The notes under the pieces: generated by a model | What the model was told of the DNA's origin: nothing | The model's database searches: none | The model's input: the letters and a program-made list of their open reading frames with translations, nothing else | Position numbers and translations under genes: made by a program | From: Epiperipatus broadwayi | Lineage: Eukaryota; Animalia; Onychophora | Length of the DNA stretch: 64,000 nucleotides | NCBI GenBank assembly: GCA_028023455.1 | Contig: JAQFVV010000005.1 | Span: forward strand, 11,842,001 to 11,906,000 | Reading direction: 5' to 3' | In this document: positions 50,571 to 63,570 of the stretch, one piece after another | Position numbering within the stretch: position 1 is the stretch's first letter | Layout: every line of letters starts with the position of its first letter

Positions 50571-52289
50571 ATAAACATATAGATAAACATTCATAGAGAA
50601 ACATGTGACAACTTTATGAACATTCATACATATATATAGATAAAATCTAAATTGAATAAATTATTAGAGAATGAGAAAGTTTATTCATTTAGATAAGAAT
50701 GTGACAGTTTTATTATTTTGTAATAAATTTTTGAAAGTTAATATTAAAAAAATATTTTATTTAATTAAAAAAAGCAGAAATATATTAAATATAAAGGGAA
50801 ACGAATTAATTAGAGATTGGAATTTTTAAACTATGTGATAAAATTTTATGTAAAAATAATTTGAAAAAAAACAGTAGATATGAGATTTTTACTTTGTATT
50901 TGTTTAAATATATATTATAACCCTTTGGTTTATTCAATCTAAACCAAATATAATAAATCAAAGTAATGATGGAAAAAAATTTTTTTTTGGATAAAGAAAA
51001 ATTAAATTTTGGCTTAAGAAAGTAATGGCTATATAGATAACAAGTAGCAGATATAGAGACAGTTTGTGTGTTTGTATGCAATGTATTACTAAAGAGTTGC
51101 TGAGAAGTAAGATTAAATCATTTTTCAGTAGCTTTGGTTAACAGAGAATAAGTTTACAGTTATAGGAGTTTGTGGTAGATATTTATGGTTATGATTATCT
51201 AAAAAATTATAAATTTATATGCTTGAAATTATAAGCAATTGTGAGAGATATTTTGTTCTCATAATCTAAACAATCAGTTTTATGTTTGATAGTCTGTACA
51301 GTGTATATGTGGGTGTAATGCAGACATATGGGTTGATTTTTTTTCTTTCCTTTAAGGAAAGTGAAATAATTTTTCTTTAAATTATTAAAGTTGTAAATCT
51401 AAATAAGAAATTATTTAGATGGAATGACTGTAGTCTTTGTTTGACCAAAACAGGTTTTAGCAAGCTTATGTTTTAATTATACCGTCTTTAAAACTAAATT
51501 TCCTAAATTGACCAGAGACATGTTAATTAACGAGACCTGGTTTAAAATCAAAGAAAAACTATTAGGAAAAATAACAGCTTGGTGAGAGTAATTGCTCTGA
51601 ATGGAGATTGTTTTATGATTAGACTTTGGAAGAAATCACTGGGGGAGGGGGTAACAGACTTTCTTTTCTTTTAAACTATAAAAACTAAAAGAACGGGAGG
51701 AAAAAGAAACTTTTGCTGATTGAAACTAAGCTAGCTAACTATAACTAAAAATTAATATCTAAAAGTATATATTTTGTAAGTTTTTAAAAATTTTCTATAC
51801 AATTTTAATAATGAAATCAAATTGCATAATAGACCAAAATATGAAGTTCTAATTCAAGAATCATGGTGCATATCTCTGTCTTCTCAAGATTAATCATGAA
51901 GAGGTCAACTTTTGATAAGTTATTGTCTGCTCAAATTTTATCCAATCTACTTATAAAATCTCCTATAAGGAGAAAATGATCAAATTTCTTCTATCAAATT
52001 AAAAGATCAATTCCATTTATATGGCTATTTAAGATTTGTTTAAAGAATTACAACGATCTTCTGTTATAATATTTTGAAAATAAAGTTTATTCATGTTAGT
52101 AATCAAAAGCTGCATATTGCCATAATTTGAACCTTTAAATATCTACGATCAAAGAAAAGAAGAAAGGAGAACAAAGTGAATTCAATCTCCGGAAGAATCA
52201 TCAAGTGGAAGGTAACAACAGAACTTTTTAAATTTATTAACTATAATGTATCTACATTCTGATTTAAATATCTACAAAAAGTAACTAAT

Positions 52290-52443
52290 TCTCTTTTTTT
52301 TTTTTTTCAAACGCTTTTTGTGTTTTTTTTAATAAATTTTGGGGGTTGTTCTAAAAAAAAAAATATTATTTATTAATTAAAGTGGAGGAAAAAAGGGGGG
52401 AGAGGGGGGGTTTTTATTTTTTTTTTTTTTTTTTTTTATTATT

Positions 52444-52486
<43 letters not shown>

Positions 52487-52550
52487 TGTAAAAAAAAAAA
52501 AAAAAGGAAGGGGAATTTTTTTATTATTATTTATTAAAAATTTTTTTTTT
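52290..52550. repeat. Low-complexity poly-T/poly-A/G-rich tract
   Basis: Long homopolymer runs; possibly low-quality consensus. Confidence 0.7.
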
Positions 52551-53282
52551 TTAATCCGTATATCCAGCACCTATATTTAAGATAATATGAGTTATATTTT
52601 AAATTTAGTTAATTATTTTATAATGATGCTTTGTTTCCAAAATCGATTTGCAGTAGTTATTATTATATTGTTTCCATATTCGATTCACATGGTCAATTTG
52701 ACATTAATACTTTATTTTCATTATTGATTTACAATAGTAATTTAATACTGCCATATTTGAGTAATATAATTCATTTTATATAAGTCATTTTATAGACTTC
52801 AGTTTATATAATTTATTGTTATGATTAATTTGCTTAATCTAGTTTACGGTTATTTCCGTAATTTACTTTCATAAGTAAAATTTAATTAATTATCTGAATC
52901 ATGTCCATGGTTTACTTCCATAGTTTACTTCAGCAAAATAAAATTTATTAAGGTTATCAATTAAAGATAAATTAGAAATAACAGAATAAAATGACAGGGA
53001 ATAGTTAAATTAAGTTGATCAATTTAAATTTTGATTCATTGTAATATGTTGAATGCTGGGAGCAGACATAAAATCCCTTTCCTGCTCTCAGGTGTTCAGA
53101 GTGATTCCCACTATTGAACTTTTATTAAAGTTTATTTAGCATATATGGGATCATATCCATTGCAATGTAATCATTTATATGGGCACCTCTTGATAGATCT
53201 AGACCTTGAGAAAGAGCAATTCAGTTTTGATCTAAGAGCTAGTTTGGAAGTCAAGTAGCTTAGTATAACAACATTATTATAC

Positions 53283-53523
53283 TGTACTAAATTATTCCAT
53301 TATTATAAATAGGGACCATGAATTTATAGTTGATCTAAGAAGATATGTGAGAGAGAAATAAGAATAAGAACTCTTTGATTAGAGAACATAACACAGACAT
53401 TCCGTGTTATAAAATTGTAGCTATTGAATATAGATTATGAGTTCTTTGCATTTATTACAGAGTTATCTCCAGTCAGATAGAAATGAGAGCTGGTTACAAT
53501 TTATAGCTGCAATTTGGCGCCCC
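53283..53523 (+). mobile_element. Possible LTR end plus tRNA-Lys PBS relic
   Basis: ...GCTGCA-ATT-TGGCGCCCG (53515-53523), with upstream TATAAATAGG. No partner LTR or ORF found. Confidence 0.3.
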
Positions 53524-54196
53524 GGTATACATTTGATCCTAAATATATAAATTTTAACTGACTAGCTACTTGATATAAATGAGAGTTTTATTAAGATTAA
53601 ACAAGTGAAAGGTGCGCAGAGTAAGGTTAAAATCTAGCACCACAGATGAAGTTACAATATATATATACATTTTAGGAATTTTTTTATTTAAAGAAGGTTA
53701 TAAAATATAGTCTAAATGTTGGGAACATTTTTGTGGCATACTTAAAAGATTATTAAACAAGTTTTATAATAGTAAAGACTTCATGTGAGAATCATTTTTT
53801 ATTATTTTTGATCCATTAATAAATACTCTAAAGGGGAAAACACTTCAGCTATTAGATTCCTAAGAAGAATGGCAACTACCCTTGTAATAACTATATTATA
53901 CATTTAAAATGACTTGCATTAATCCTATAAACAAGAAATTAAGTTGCTTTAAACTATAATAACTGTTCTTGAACAAATAGCAAATTCGTATTAACAATTA
54001 AATATTTTGTTTTAACAAATAGTTTTTATTTATTATATCCAAAGGAATAATTTTCACATAGCAGTTATTTTTTAATTTTAAGAGAAATTATTGATTTTTT
54101 TTTTTGTTAAAATCATTAGAATAAAAACTGCAACAAATCTAGAATATTCATAATAAAAATAAATATACTTTATATTACTATTATTATTTTGAGATA

Positions 54197-54285
54197 GGTA
54201 GTTGTTTTATAGAAATGGCATTTTAATGTGTTTTAGCACTTAAATCGCGCCATCCCATAGTGTGGATGTCTATAAAACAACTACC
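54197..54285. mobile_element. 89-bp Merlin-type miniature element
   Basis: TIRs GGTAGTTGTTTTTATAGA / TCTATAAAACAACTACC. Flanks TTGAGATA / TTTAGATA (7/8). Subterminal GCGCCATC...GTGTGGAT as in the 23023-24470 Merlin TIR. Confidence 0.7.
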
Positions 54286-54489
54286 TTTAGATATATCACA
54301 AAACAATCTCCACAGAAATTTTTTTTTGATGTTGCTATTCTACTGAAAGTTTTGATAATACTGCACTAGAAAATTAAATAAAAGTTACATACTTATAAAA
54401 GTAAAATTACATACTCAAATTAACTATCTATTAATCATATGAATATAAAGATAGATATTTTATTTATCTCATTATTATTTTAACTATTA

Positions 54490-54605
54490 TCAATCCACTT
54501 CAGAATGGTCTCTCCAAGTTTAATTCGGTTTCTTTGATCCATAGCTTGTCTTCTCTGCATAACACCAACAACCTTTCTTATTTCAACCATTTATTCCAAA
54601 TATGG
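54490..54605 (-). mobile_element. RTE 3' fragment
   Basis: Reverse complement contains ATTAAACTTGGAGAGACCATTCTGAAGTGGATTGAT, matching 9960-10000. Confidence 0.7.
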
Positions 54606-56424
54606 TTTCTTTCTAAATCATATGTTTTTTTCTATTCATAGTAAGAACTGCATATTTAATAAATGCATGTTCGATATATTTCACTCTTTCAAGTATGATA
54701 GCTAATATTTACATACCAGCTGAAAAAGTTTTTTTTTATAGCGTAAAGACTTTAGTAACAGATTTTTATGTTTAATTATTTACTTTTCAGAATTGGCAAT
54801 TAAGTATTATTTAATAAAAAATATTGGTTTCATTTCTATTTAAATAAAAATGCATTACTACTTTATTCTTATACTCGTATTTATAATTATTTATAACTAT
54901 GCCTTTATAAATATACAGGTGGTCCACTATGTTTTTTTACAAAATCAGATTTGTTTAAAAAAATACACCATTTAGTTTTATTTAAAATTGTGTCTGAAAC
55001 TGCAGTTACTTTTAACATTCGGACATTAATAAAGATGCCAAACGAGAAACAATTTTATTCTTTTTAAATGATAGATGATTAAATATATCTGTAATCAGAA
55101 TATATAATAATTTTAGGAGCTGTTGCAAATCTCCTAGCATCATCTTATTAAATTTAATTAACTAACTCATCTTACATCATCATCCAACATCTTTGCAAAT
55201 AAAAGTGATACTATTTCTGACTGCTTCTTGAAAACTTATTTAGATATCAAGCTTGAACAATAAAATTTGCTATATTTAACATCAAATTCACAGAAATGTT
55301 ATTACAATCGGTTTCAATTTGGACTTAATTACTATTCACAAAGTATTAATTAAGGATAAATTGAATCAAGTGCAGTAATGTTTCCGTGAATTTAATGTTG
55401 AATTTCACTAATATCACTAATCATACTTGCCATTTTAAGAACACAAGAAGCAGTCAGAAGTCATGCCACCATTTCCATCAGCTAAGGTTGTTGGATAATG
55501 GAATAAGGTGAGATAGTTATTTAAATTTAATAAAAACAATACTTGGCAATTTTCATCCACTTCTAAAATTATTACTGACTGACATTATGTATATTAGCTA
55601 TAAATAATACATGTTTAGATAAAATAATAAATGATTTTTTTTTCACTTTAAGAATAAGAAGACTCAAACAAAATATCCATCTAAGCAACCAATACTTGCT
55701 ATAGATACACCTAATCAGAAGTATACAGTAATAAGAAAATACAAAATATTATAATTATATCTTTAATAAAGTATCTTAATATAATTTTTTTTGTAATAAA
55801 ATATTATGTAATTCAAGATTTAAAAAATAATTTTTAAAATAACACTTATTGCAAAAACTAATACTAATAAAATAACTTGCTTAATAAAAATTAATCAAAT
55901 ATTAACAAAAACAATAAATATCAAGTTTATTATTAAAAAATAGGACAGAATTTATTTCTCTTTTAAAATCTTCACAATGCAGCTTTGCTCAAAAATTAAG
56001 AATGATTTGTTATACAATTAAGAAAATTATCATTAAAATTCATGCCTCAAACACAGTAATTATATAGCTCAAATTGATGGAATTAAAATGCAAGGAAATA
56101 AGGCAAAAAAAAAAAACCCCATTACATTTAAAAACTCTAATGGTATAACAAATTCAGCAAATACATCACAAGTTACATTGTCATAAGACCCTTTTCTATC
56201 ATTCAATTTTTTATAGTGTAACTCCAAATTTCCATATTCATGCCCTAGATTGAGAATTACTGATATCAACTTACAATAACTGTGTTAATGTTATCACTAT
56301 TTAGACAGAATAATTATAAAAATTATTTCTGCTCAAAGCTTTATTATGGCAACATCTATTTTAAAAATTATAATACATGACTAAAAAAATCAAATAGATT
56401 GTAATTTTTAATAATAAATTTGAC

Positions 56425-56488
56425 CAAAGACAAAACTCTCCATACAGTAGTGCCACCCTGTGATAGTATAGAGATGGTGATCATGTGA
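56425..56488. mobile_element. 64-bp two-ended remnant of the 441-bp family
   Basis: CAAAACTCTCCATACAGTAGTGCCACC...ATGGTGATCATGTGA. 11-bp TSD ATAAATTTGAC at 56414-56424 and 56489-56499. Confidence 0.8.
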
Positions 56489-57765
56489 ATAAATTTGACA
56501 TTGTTTTGCATGTTAGTTAAAAAGTTTTTTTATTATTATTAAAATATGTATGCATATAAGGATGTATATATTTTGAAAGGGGGTTCACTTTTTTTAAGTA
56601 AAGATATATCTATATTCCATTAAAGTTTTTTCCAGCAGAGGTCTCTGATACTTAAATATGGAAACATCCATTTGTTAAGAGATAAATCTATAAATTATAT
56701 ATGGATATATAAAATAGGGACAAAAGTAAGATGCACATTATATAATATAGGTTTGAAGTTTTAAAGTTGGAGATGAAATGTTTGGTCATCAGGTCTTAGC
56801 TCTATTTATTTGGTTAAGTCTGATTTCTGTATGCATAAAATGCAAATAAATTTTTTTTTTCAATATTGTTTCAATACTTATGCATGTAGGTAGAAGTATT
56901 CTACTTGTGAATTAGCAGAGTTTAAAGTTCACAATGCACAATTGTTTTTTGTTTTGTTTTAGATAAATGAAGAATTCTAAGGTAAGACCATTCATTTTGA
57001 AAATGCATCACAAATAAAAGTTAAGACATAGTGATAGATAATAAAATATCAAACTACATTTTAAATGGTTATGCACACACACATGCACGTAAATAAAATG
57101 AAGTAATAAATGAAAATTGTACTTAACTGATTTTTATACATAGATGATAAATGTAGAAATAATCAAGTTTACAACAGAGAAATCTTCCTCGACCCATTTC
57201 ACACAAACTAAAAATAGTTTCAATGATAATAATAAGATGATAGCCTTGATAGATATATAAACTAACAATTTAAAACAAAACTTTCACTCTTTCTGATTGA
57301 AATGCTAGTATCTATAATCTTGCAGAAACTTTTAATCATTACTGCTCTTTAAAAAGAAAGGTATTTGGCTTTCCATTTATGAAACATTTTTTATGTGATA
57401 TTTATAAAAATACTAAGCTGCAATTTTTGATATGACTATATTAAAGATAAATTTTAAAAGATAACTACTGAAAACTGTAAAAATGATTATAATTCATACA
57501 TTAATAATAAAAAAGATACAAATAATTATGTATTTAGTGCTGCTACCATCCTTTAATTAAATCTTTTGTATTAAAAATTGATAAAAAATGTCTATATCCT
57601 CTCATTTTACATTACATAATTCTCTCATTTTTTTTCCTTTTATATAAACAAGGTATTTATTAAAAAATGAAAGGGAAATAATATATGTTTGTATTACTAT
57701 TATATCTTTGATTTAGTTCTTATTTTCTCCGCTTCAAAGTACACATTTATATAAATTCCATTTTA

Positions 57766-58161
57766 ACTGAAACACACAGGCTTGTTATATACCTGTGTCT
57801 ATATATATGTAATATATAGGGTATATGAATACAGACTTTCACACAACTCACCACTCTCCATACTATCTCATAACACTGATACACTCGAACACATATGTTG
57901 AAACGATAAACAATCACCAATATACGTATTTCATCATCATCAGTTGGTTCAGATTACCATCTCTGCATATAATGCTATAAGTGCTCAGATATATATTAAA
58001 ATAGTCAAACCTCATACTATAATGGACAGGCTTCAATCCACTCCACACTCCAACTCTTCAACCATCCATCCAATTGAAAATCTGATGATGGAATGCTCAA
58101 AGGCCACCCTCATTGCTGGTTTAGCATGAAATACGTGTATTGGTGCTTGGTTATCGTTTCA
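57766..58161. mobile_element. Insertion with outward-facing hammerhead-like motifs
   Basis: Inverted arms at ~57900-57935 and 58126-58161. 15-bp flanking repeat (13/15) at 57751-57765 and 58162-58176. Minus-strand ACCAA-CTGATGA-TGAT-GAA-ATACGTAT-A-TTGGT at 57916-57948. Confidence 0.6.
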
Positions 58162-58179
58162 ATAAATTCTGTTTTATAA

Positions 58180-58900
58180 TTCTTTTTCATAATAATCTTT
58201 TTCACAATTGCTGCTCAATATTTTTGCATTGTTATATTTTCTACTTATTTTTTCCATTCTTCATATCTTTTAATATTTTCTCCTCACTTTTACTAAATGT
58301 CCACATCACTAATTTCCATATATAAAACTATTATTCAAACAAAACATTCTTTGATATAATTTTAATGGCCAATTAAATCATTTTCATTTTATATTAAAAG
58401 ACTAGATTGTTTTGTTATTATGATTCTTACTTCCATCTTTAGCCTAGCAATTTTCTAAATATACAGACACTCTCACTCATTCTTTAACTTCTTGTTCTTC
58501 ACTTACTCATAAGCTTTACTTCTTTCTCACTATCTATTTTCTTTCTATAAGCTTTGTCATCTTTTCATTCATTCTTTTTCAACTAATATAGATGAAATCC
58601 TTTATTTATACCTTTCAAATCATTATATGTTTTTCTTAATCTTGTCAGTGCATATATTTTCTTTGGTAATAATTTACCAATTCTTTTGTTAATTACTAAT
58701 TCATCCAGTGACTAATATTTTTTTGTATAACTTGTTTTATTCTGTTATATATTAAATATCTTTCTTTGTAATTCTTTTAACTTTCTATATTTCATTTTTA
58801 AGTTTTCTTCTAGCTTAATATGATTCATGCTTCAATTCACTGTTAAGCCTTCTATTTAAACTTCATTATTTTACACAATTTACAATTTTTCATCTTATTT
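58180..58900 (-). mobile_element. Decayed non-LTR (RTE-like) RT C-terminal relic, different subfamily
   Basis: Stop-riddled translation ...IYALTRLRK...CIFRKLLG...GHLVK...EEWKK resembles the RTE C-terminal region. Confidence 0.4.
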
Positions 58901-59014
58901 CTATAATTTTATTCATCAATTTAATACTAAATAAATGATTATGTTTCTGGCTTTATCTATAGTTTATTGTCTTTACTATATTGTACTTTATGTTTTTCAT
59001 GAATAATTCCAATC

Positions 59015-59271
59015 ATTTATTTGAAGTGGAGGTGGACTGAACATATTTCTAGAAGAATATGATAATAGATGAACAATTGAAATGTTAAACCGGATTTCAA
59101 GAGATTATAAAAGACCCAGAAAGAGACCACATGTGAGATGGATGGTTGGATGAAATAATAAAGTGTGCAGGGGTTATGTGGAAAAGAAAAACTAAAGATC
59201 GGAAAAGATGGTTTGAACTTGGAGAGACCTTCATCCTGCAGTGGGTTGATAATGGTTGATGATGATGATGA
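59015..59271 (+). mobile_element. 5'-truncated RTE 3' fragment, close to the intact copy
   Basis: AAAGACCCAGAAAGAGACCACATGTGAGATGGATG...CTTCATCCTGCAGTGG...(GAT)n. Confidence 0.92.
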
Positions 59272-60153
59272 CTTTATTAATCACATTTAAATTTTGTATT
59301 TTAAAAAATCCCTAATATATGCTTTAATTTATCAATTATCAATTTTTTTCTTTTCTCAGTTATTTTTACTGTACCTTAAAAGATAATTTAACTTATTTCA
59401 TTATTAAATACATTTTTAATATCATTGTTAAATCTACTTTGAATCAAGACAATCTTATTGAAATTTCTCATGGAATTTTTTATATGGTAACATAATTTTT
59501 TAACTATATATTTAGTACTATTGTAATACTTCTGTCATTTTTTAATTTCAATCCATAATATCACAGTTTTATCATTTATTTTCTGCTGCAATATAGCATT
59601 TCACTTGCCCAATATTATTATACAATGCTGCATATATTTCCTTTCAATAATATTTATAATTTCTTTATACATGTATAATATTAAATCAAATTTTATGACA
59701 AACTTTGATAAAGTTAATATGCATGTAAATAAACTATAAAATTATACAAAAAACAAAACAAAATGGGAAGGCCTGATCATTCACCATGAGAAATGGTTAA
59801 AGAGAAAATTAAAATTGTTTTGAAAATTACAATTTGTAAATGAAAACAGGAGTGTGAGTAATTTTTCATTGGATTAAATGAAAAAAATGTGAGATGAGAT
59901 GATTAAGGCAATTATTAATATATGCCTTAGAATTAAAGGTAGTAAGTTTTCTGGTAAACCAAGATGGTAGTCTATATTTTTTATAAGTATAGCATACAGT
60001 TTCAAGGGCTTACAATGTATTGAAGATGTGTTAGTTGTTAAATTAAAACAAAATTAATAGGTCAATTGTTAATTTAAAAAAAAAAGGATTAAATTCTGAT
60101 AAATTTTAATAAAAAGCTTTATTTCATTTTTTTTAATATGTATAATGTGGGAA

Positions 60154-60219
60154 TAAACAGAGCAAAATTCTCCATACAGTATTGCCACCTGTGCTAAACA
60201 GAGTAAATGTGATCATGTG
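60154..60219. mobile_element. 66-bp two-ended remnant of the 441-bp family
   Basis: GCAAAATTCTCCATACAGTATTGCCACCTGTG...GTGATCATGTG. 16-bp duplication ATGTATAATGTGGGAA at 60138-60153 and 60220-60235. Confidence 0.8.
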
Positions 60220-61199
60220 ATGTATAATGTGGGAAGTGATGAGATACTTTTAATATGGTTCAATTCATCGTGTTTCTTTTTGTCAACAATTTTTTTGGTA
60301 AATTGTCATAATGATAAAAATTTGGGACCTTCCTGTTAGAGAATGTGATGCAGTAGATTATTTCCAAAGGTACAGGAGATCTATCCTCCCAAAAAGGATG
60401 CATTAATAATCACGATATAATTGCACACTCTGCTGACATAAATAAAGTGTAAATATTGTATTTTTTTTTTCCTCTTAATAAATTAATTCAAAAAAAAAAA
60501 GGAAAATAAATTGTAAATATTGTAATTAATTTTTTCACAATGATTTTTTTTTAAAATAACTAATAAAAAATAAAATGTAAATATGACTTTCTAGCAGGCA
60601 TTTTTTTTTAAAACTTTGGGGTGGGGTGGGGGCAATTGAAATTGTAATTTTATCAAAAATACAAGCTGCCATCTTGTTTTATCAGAAAACTCAGAAGTAC
60701 CGAATTAAATTATGAATACACTTTAATCTGCCTATGCCTTGCATTGTTTACAGCAATAATAGAGTGCTGGACTTTGGAGTTCAAGCGTTCACAAATCATG
60801 ATTCAGTCTGCCACTTCTGGTACTCAAATTTATCATGAACTCCTGATTATTTAACACTGATATACAAAATTAAGGTGAAAGTAACAATAGAATATTTAGT
60901 ATACAATCTGATATAAAGTAGGATAGAAATTTATTAGATAAAAAAATGTTATGGATGTTAATAATGAATAGTAAATACATATTAATAAAACACCAAACCA
61001 TAAGATGTTTATGATATTAATAAGAAATGAATTTGATTAAGCAAAGACAAAAAGTTTAAAGTTAATAAATTAATATATAATGGGGGGGGGGGGGAGTGAT
61101 ATATAAGTAAGTGAAGTGGAAGCAACAGTATCTTCCTATGAGTTCTGTAATGTAAATCTATTAAAAGACAGAATGATACCACCTTTAGCATTTGTTAGT

Positions 61200-61900
61200 A
61201 TTTATGCTTAGTTTATTTATATAACTTTAGAAGAAAGAGGGAATTTGATTTATTGGTTATATATATGTATAAAATAAAGGATAAAGAATTTCATTTAAAT
61301 AGTATTTAATTGGGTTATGAGTAAAGGGCTGGAAACAATATGGGTGAGAAAGGTAATGCAGTATGCAGAAGATTTGGATAAAGAATTTATATTGGTATAT
61401 TTGTTCAAAAGGTGGGATGATTGTGTTAGGAGGATTGTTGTGTGTTATAGTGGTAAGGAATGTGATAGAAGAATAGATGCATTAATAAAGAATAGGGAGT
61501 TTGAGAGATGGAGAACTAATACGGAGAATAAAAAGAGTTTAAATATATGTAGAAGTAAATGGAACATTGCATACAATTCAATTTATGATAATAGTAAAGA
61601 AAGTAGTTTATTGTTTAAGGATCGAATGGGATCTTTAGCAACAGGGGATTATACACCTAAATGGAAAAACAGTGATTTAGTCTGCAAGTTGTGTAAGAAA
61701 GGCATAGAAAATATTAGGCATCTGTTAATTCAATGTAAATGCTTGAAAGCAGAAAGGGTACAAATAATGAAGTTATGGTAAAATAAATATAAACAAAGTG
61801 ATTATACAGAAAGTGGGTTATTGGCTTTTATGCTGTATTGAGAACAGATAAGAGAGATTTAGATATGAAGGCCATGCATTTGACAAAGATTATGCTGTGG
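61200..61900 (+). mobile_element. Non-LTR retrotransposon ORF2 3' fragment with CCHC finger
   Basis: ORF 61317-61781: YDNSKESSLLFKDRMGSL...CKLCKKGIENIRHLLIQC. Confidence 0.75.
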
Positions 61901-62639
61901 AAATGGGATGGAGCAGGATATGGGAAAACTTACGGTGGGGAATGGAAAGGTAAGATAAAGTGGCTAACAGATTTCAATCCCACACCCCCCCCCCCCCCCT
62001 CCCCCCCCCGCGGCCCTTCATTGGAGGGGGGGGGGAAAAAAAAATACAAAATAATTATAATTTTTTATTACAATTGTCTATAGTTTCTTCCACACTAATC
62101 GTAAATATTATTTCACTCTATCTCTCTCACACAAAGAAATTATTATTTTGACCTTATTGGATTTCCAATCAAGAAACCGTATACAGTATCCTCATCATCT
62201 AATTTTTTAAAATTTCATTTGCAAAACAACATGTCATTTTAAAAATTGTCTAAAATAGTTTTCTAAAAATGAACACACATTTTTTTCTTTACCGAACAAA
62301 ATATCGCTTAGTATTTTCAGTAGCATTAGGTGGCTACCACAGACATAAAAAAAGTCCAAGAGTGCATATTAAATGATTATCAAGTTTGAAAATGATATCC
62401 ATCAAAATCCCCATCGCCTGACCAATGACAAGCTTGACTTTTTGACTTTGTGGGGCCGTTGAACATGTCTGTGCTTGAGGTACACTATTTATCATTTATT
62501 TATAATGAAAAAAGAGTTGATGGGATTTTTTTTAGCATGAGTGGAAAATAAAAAATATTAAAACTAAAATGATAATTTGTTAGACATGAGATTTAATATA
62601 ATAATAAAAAATGATGATAAGAAAATTAAGTTCTTACTT

Positions 62640-63570
62640 CCCACAAATCACTCCACTCATTGTAATAAACCCAACATATGCCACCACATCTGCTAAAAAG
62701 CTGTCTATCTGACATTATAATGGACATTGCCAAAATCACTGTCCTCCCCACTCAGCCAAATACTAGCAAGATTTCCTATTGGGATGCTTACCAGTTTATG
62801 AACAATATTTCAACTCCCAGGCTTACTCAACTCAATATCACCAACTCTGGTCTTGTCAGAAAGTTTAGATGATAGAACTTTGAACCCTCTTGGTCAAACT
62901 TAACTTGGATGCTCTACCCACCAACTCTTCTGGTGGCACGCAAGGGTTTTACTACATTTGACCCAGTCTGTCCACTTTGTAAAAGGGAGGAAGACACTGT
63001 CTCTCATATACTTGAACAATGTATAACACTACAAGAATGCAGAAATATAATAAAATTAATATACTATCATAAACAACACTTAATCACTTCTCTTAATCAT
63101 GGCATAGCGATTGGGAAATTTGCAATTGTGAGGACTGTCTTCTTTATACCATTTAATCTATGGCTCATGCGATGTGATATACTATTCAATGCATCTAATA
63201 TGACCCAGCCCAAATATTTCTTAAAAAACTCATGAAAACTAGAAACAGATCAGCATATTGTACCACAATTAATCTTCAAATCTACATGGGAACTGATTAG
63301 CTTGGATAGCTGAACTGATGAACACTCATGCAATTCCGAATCTGCCAACACACCATTATTAGTAACCAAGATACTCGCTTTTACTTGGTTGTTTAAGCTT
63401 GTTCAATACTTCATTAATCCTTGTATTCAACACATGATGAACTCGTGCTCTTTTATTATGTAACTTAAAATCCAGTAATACAAATAAAATTATAAGCTTG
63501 ATCACTATGTTGTAAATCTATGCATACCATATAAGTAATAAATTCTTGATTAAAAAAACAAATAAATAAA
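62640..63570 (+). mobile_element. L1/Tx1-like ORF2 3' fragment (zf-RVT region)
   Basis: PPTLLVARKG...PVCPLCKREEDTVSHILEQC...NLWLMRCDILF, followed by an A-rich end near 63550. Confidence 0.75.

Noticed and set aside
53048-53100. 16-bp hairpin as a pre-miRNA
   Set aside because: The stem is too short and cannot be extended; no supporting context.
55140-55540. Degenerate fold-back near a TACAGGTGGTCC Tc1-like start (54914)
   Set aside because: Arms are heavily diverged; no TSD, partner TIR or ribozyme core could be established.
4034-60000. Numerous 60-80 aa F/I/L/K-rich ORFs in the track
   Set aside because: Expected by chance in very AT-rich DNA; many start at non-ATG codons and none has a recognisable motif.
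61081-62040. Poly-G/poly-C tracts as G-quadruplex elements
   Set aside because: Pure homopolymer runs, plausibly slippage or consensus artefacts.
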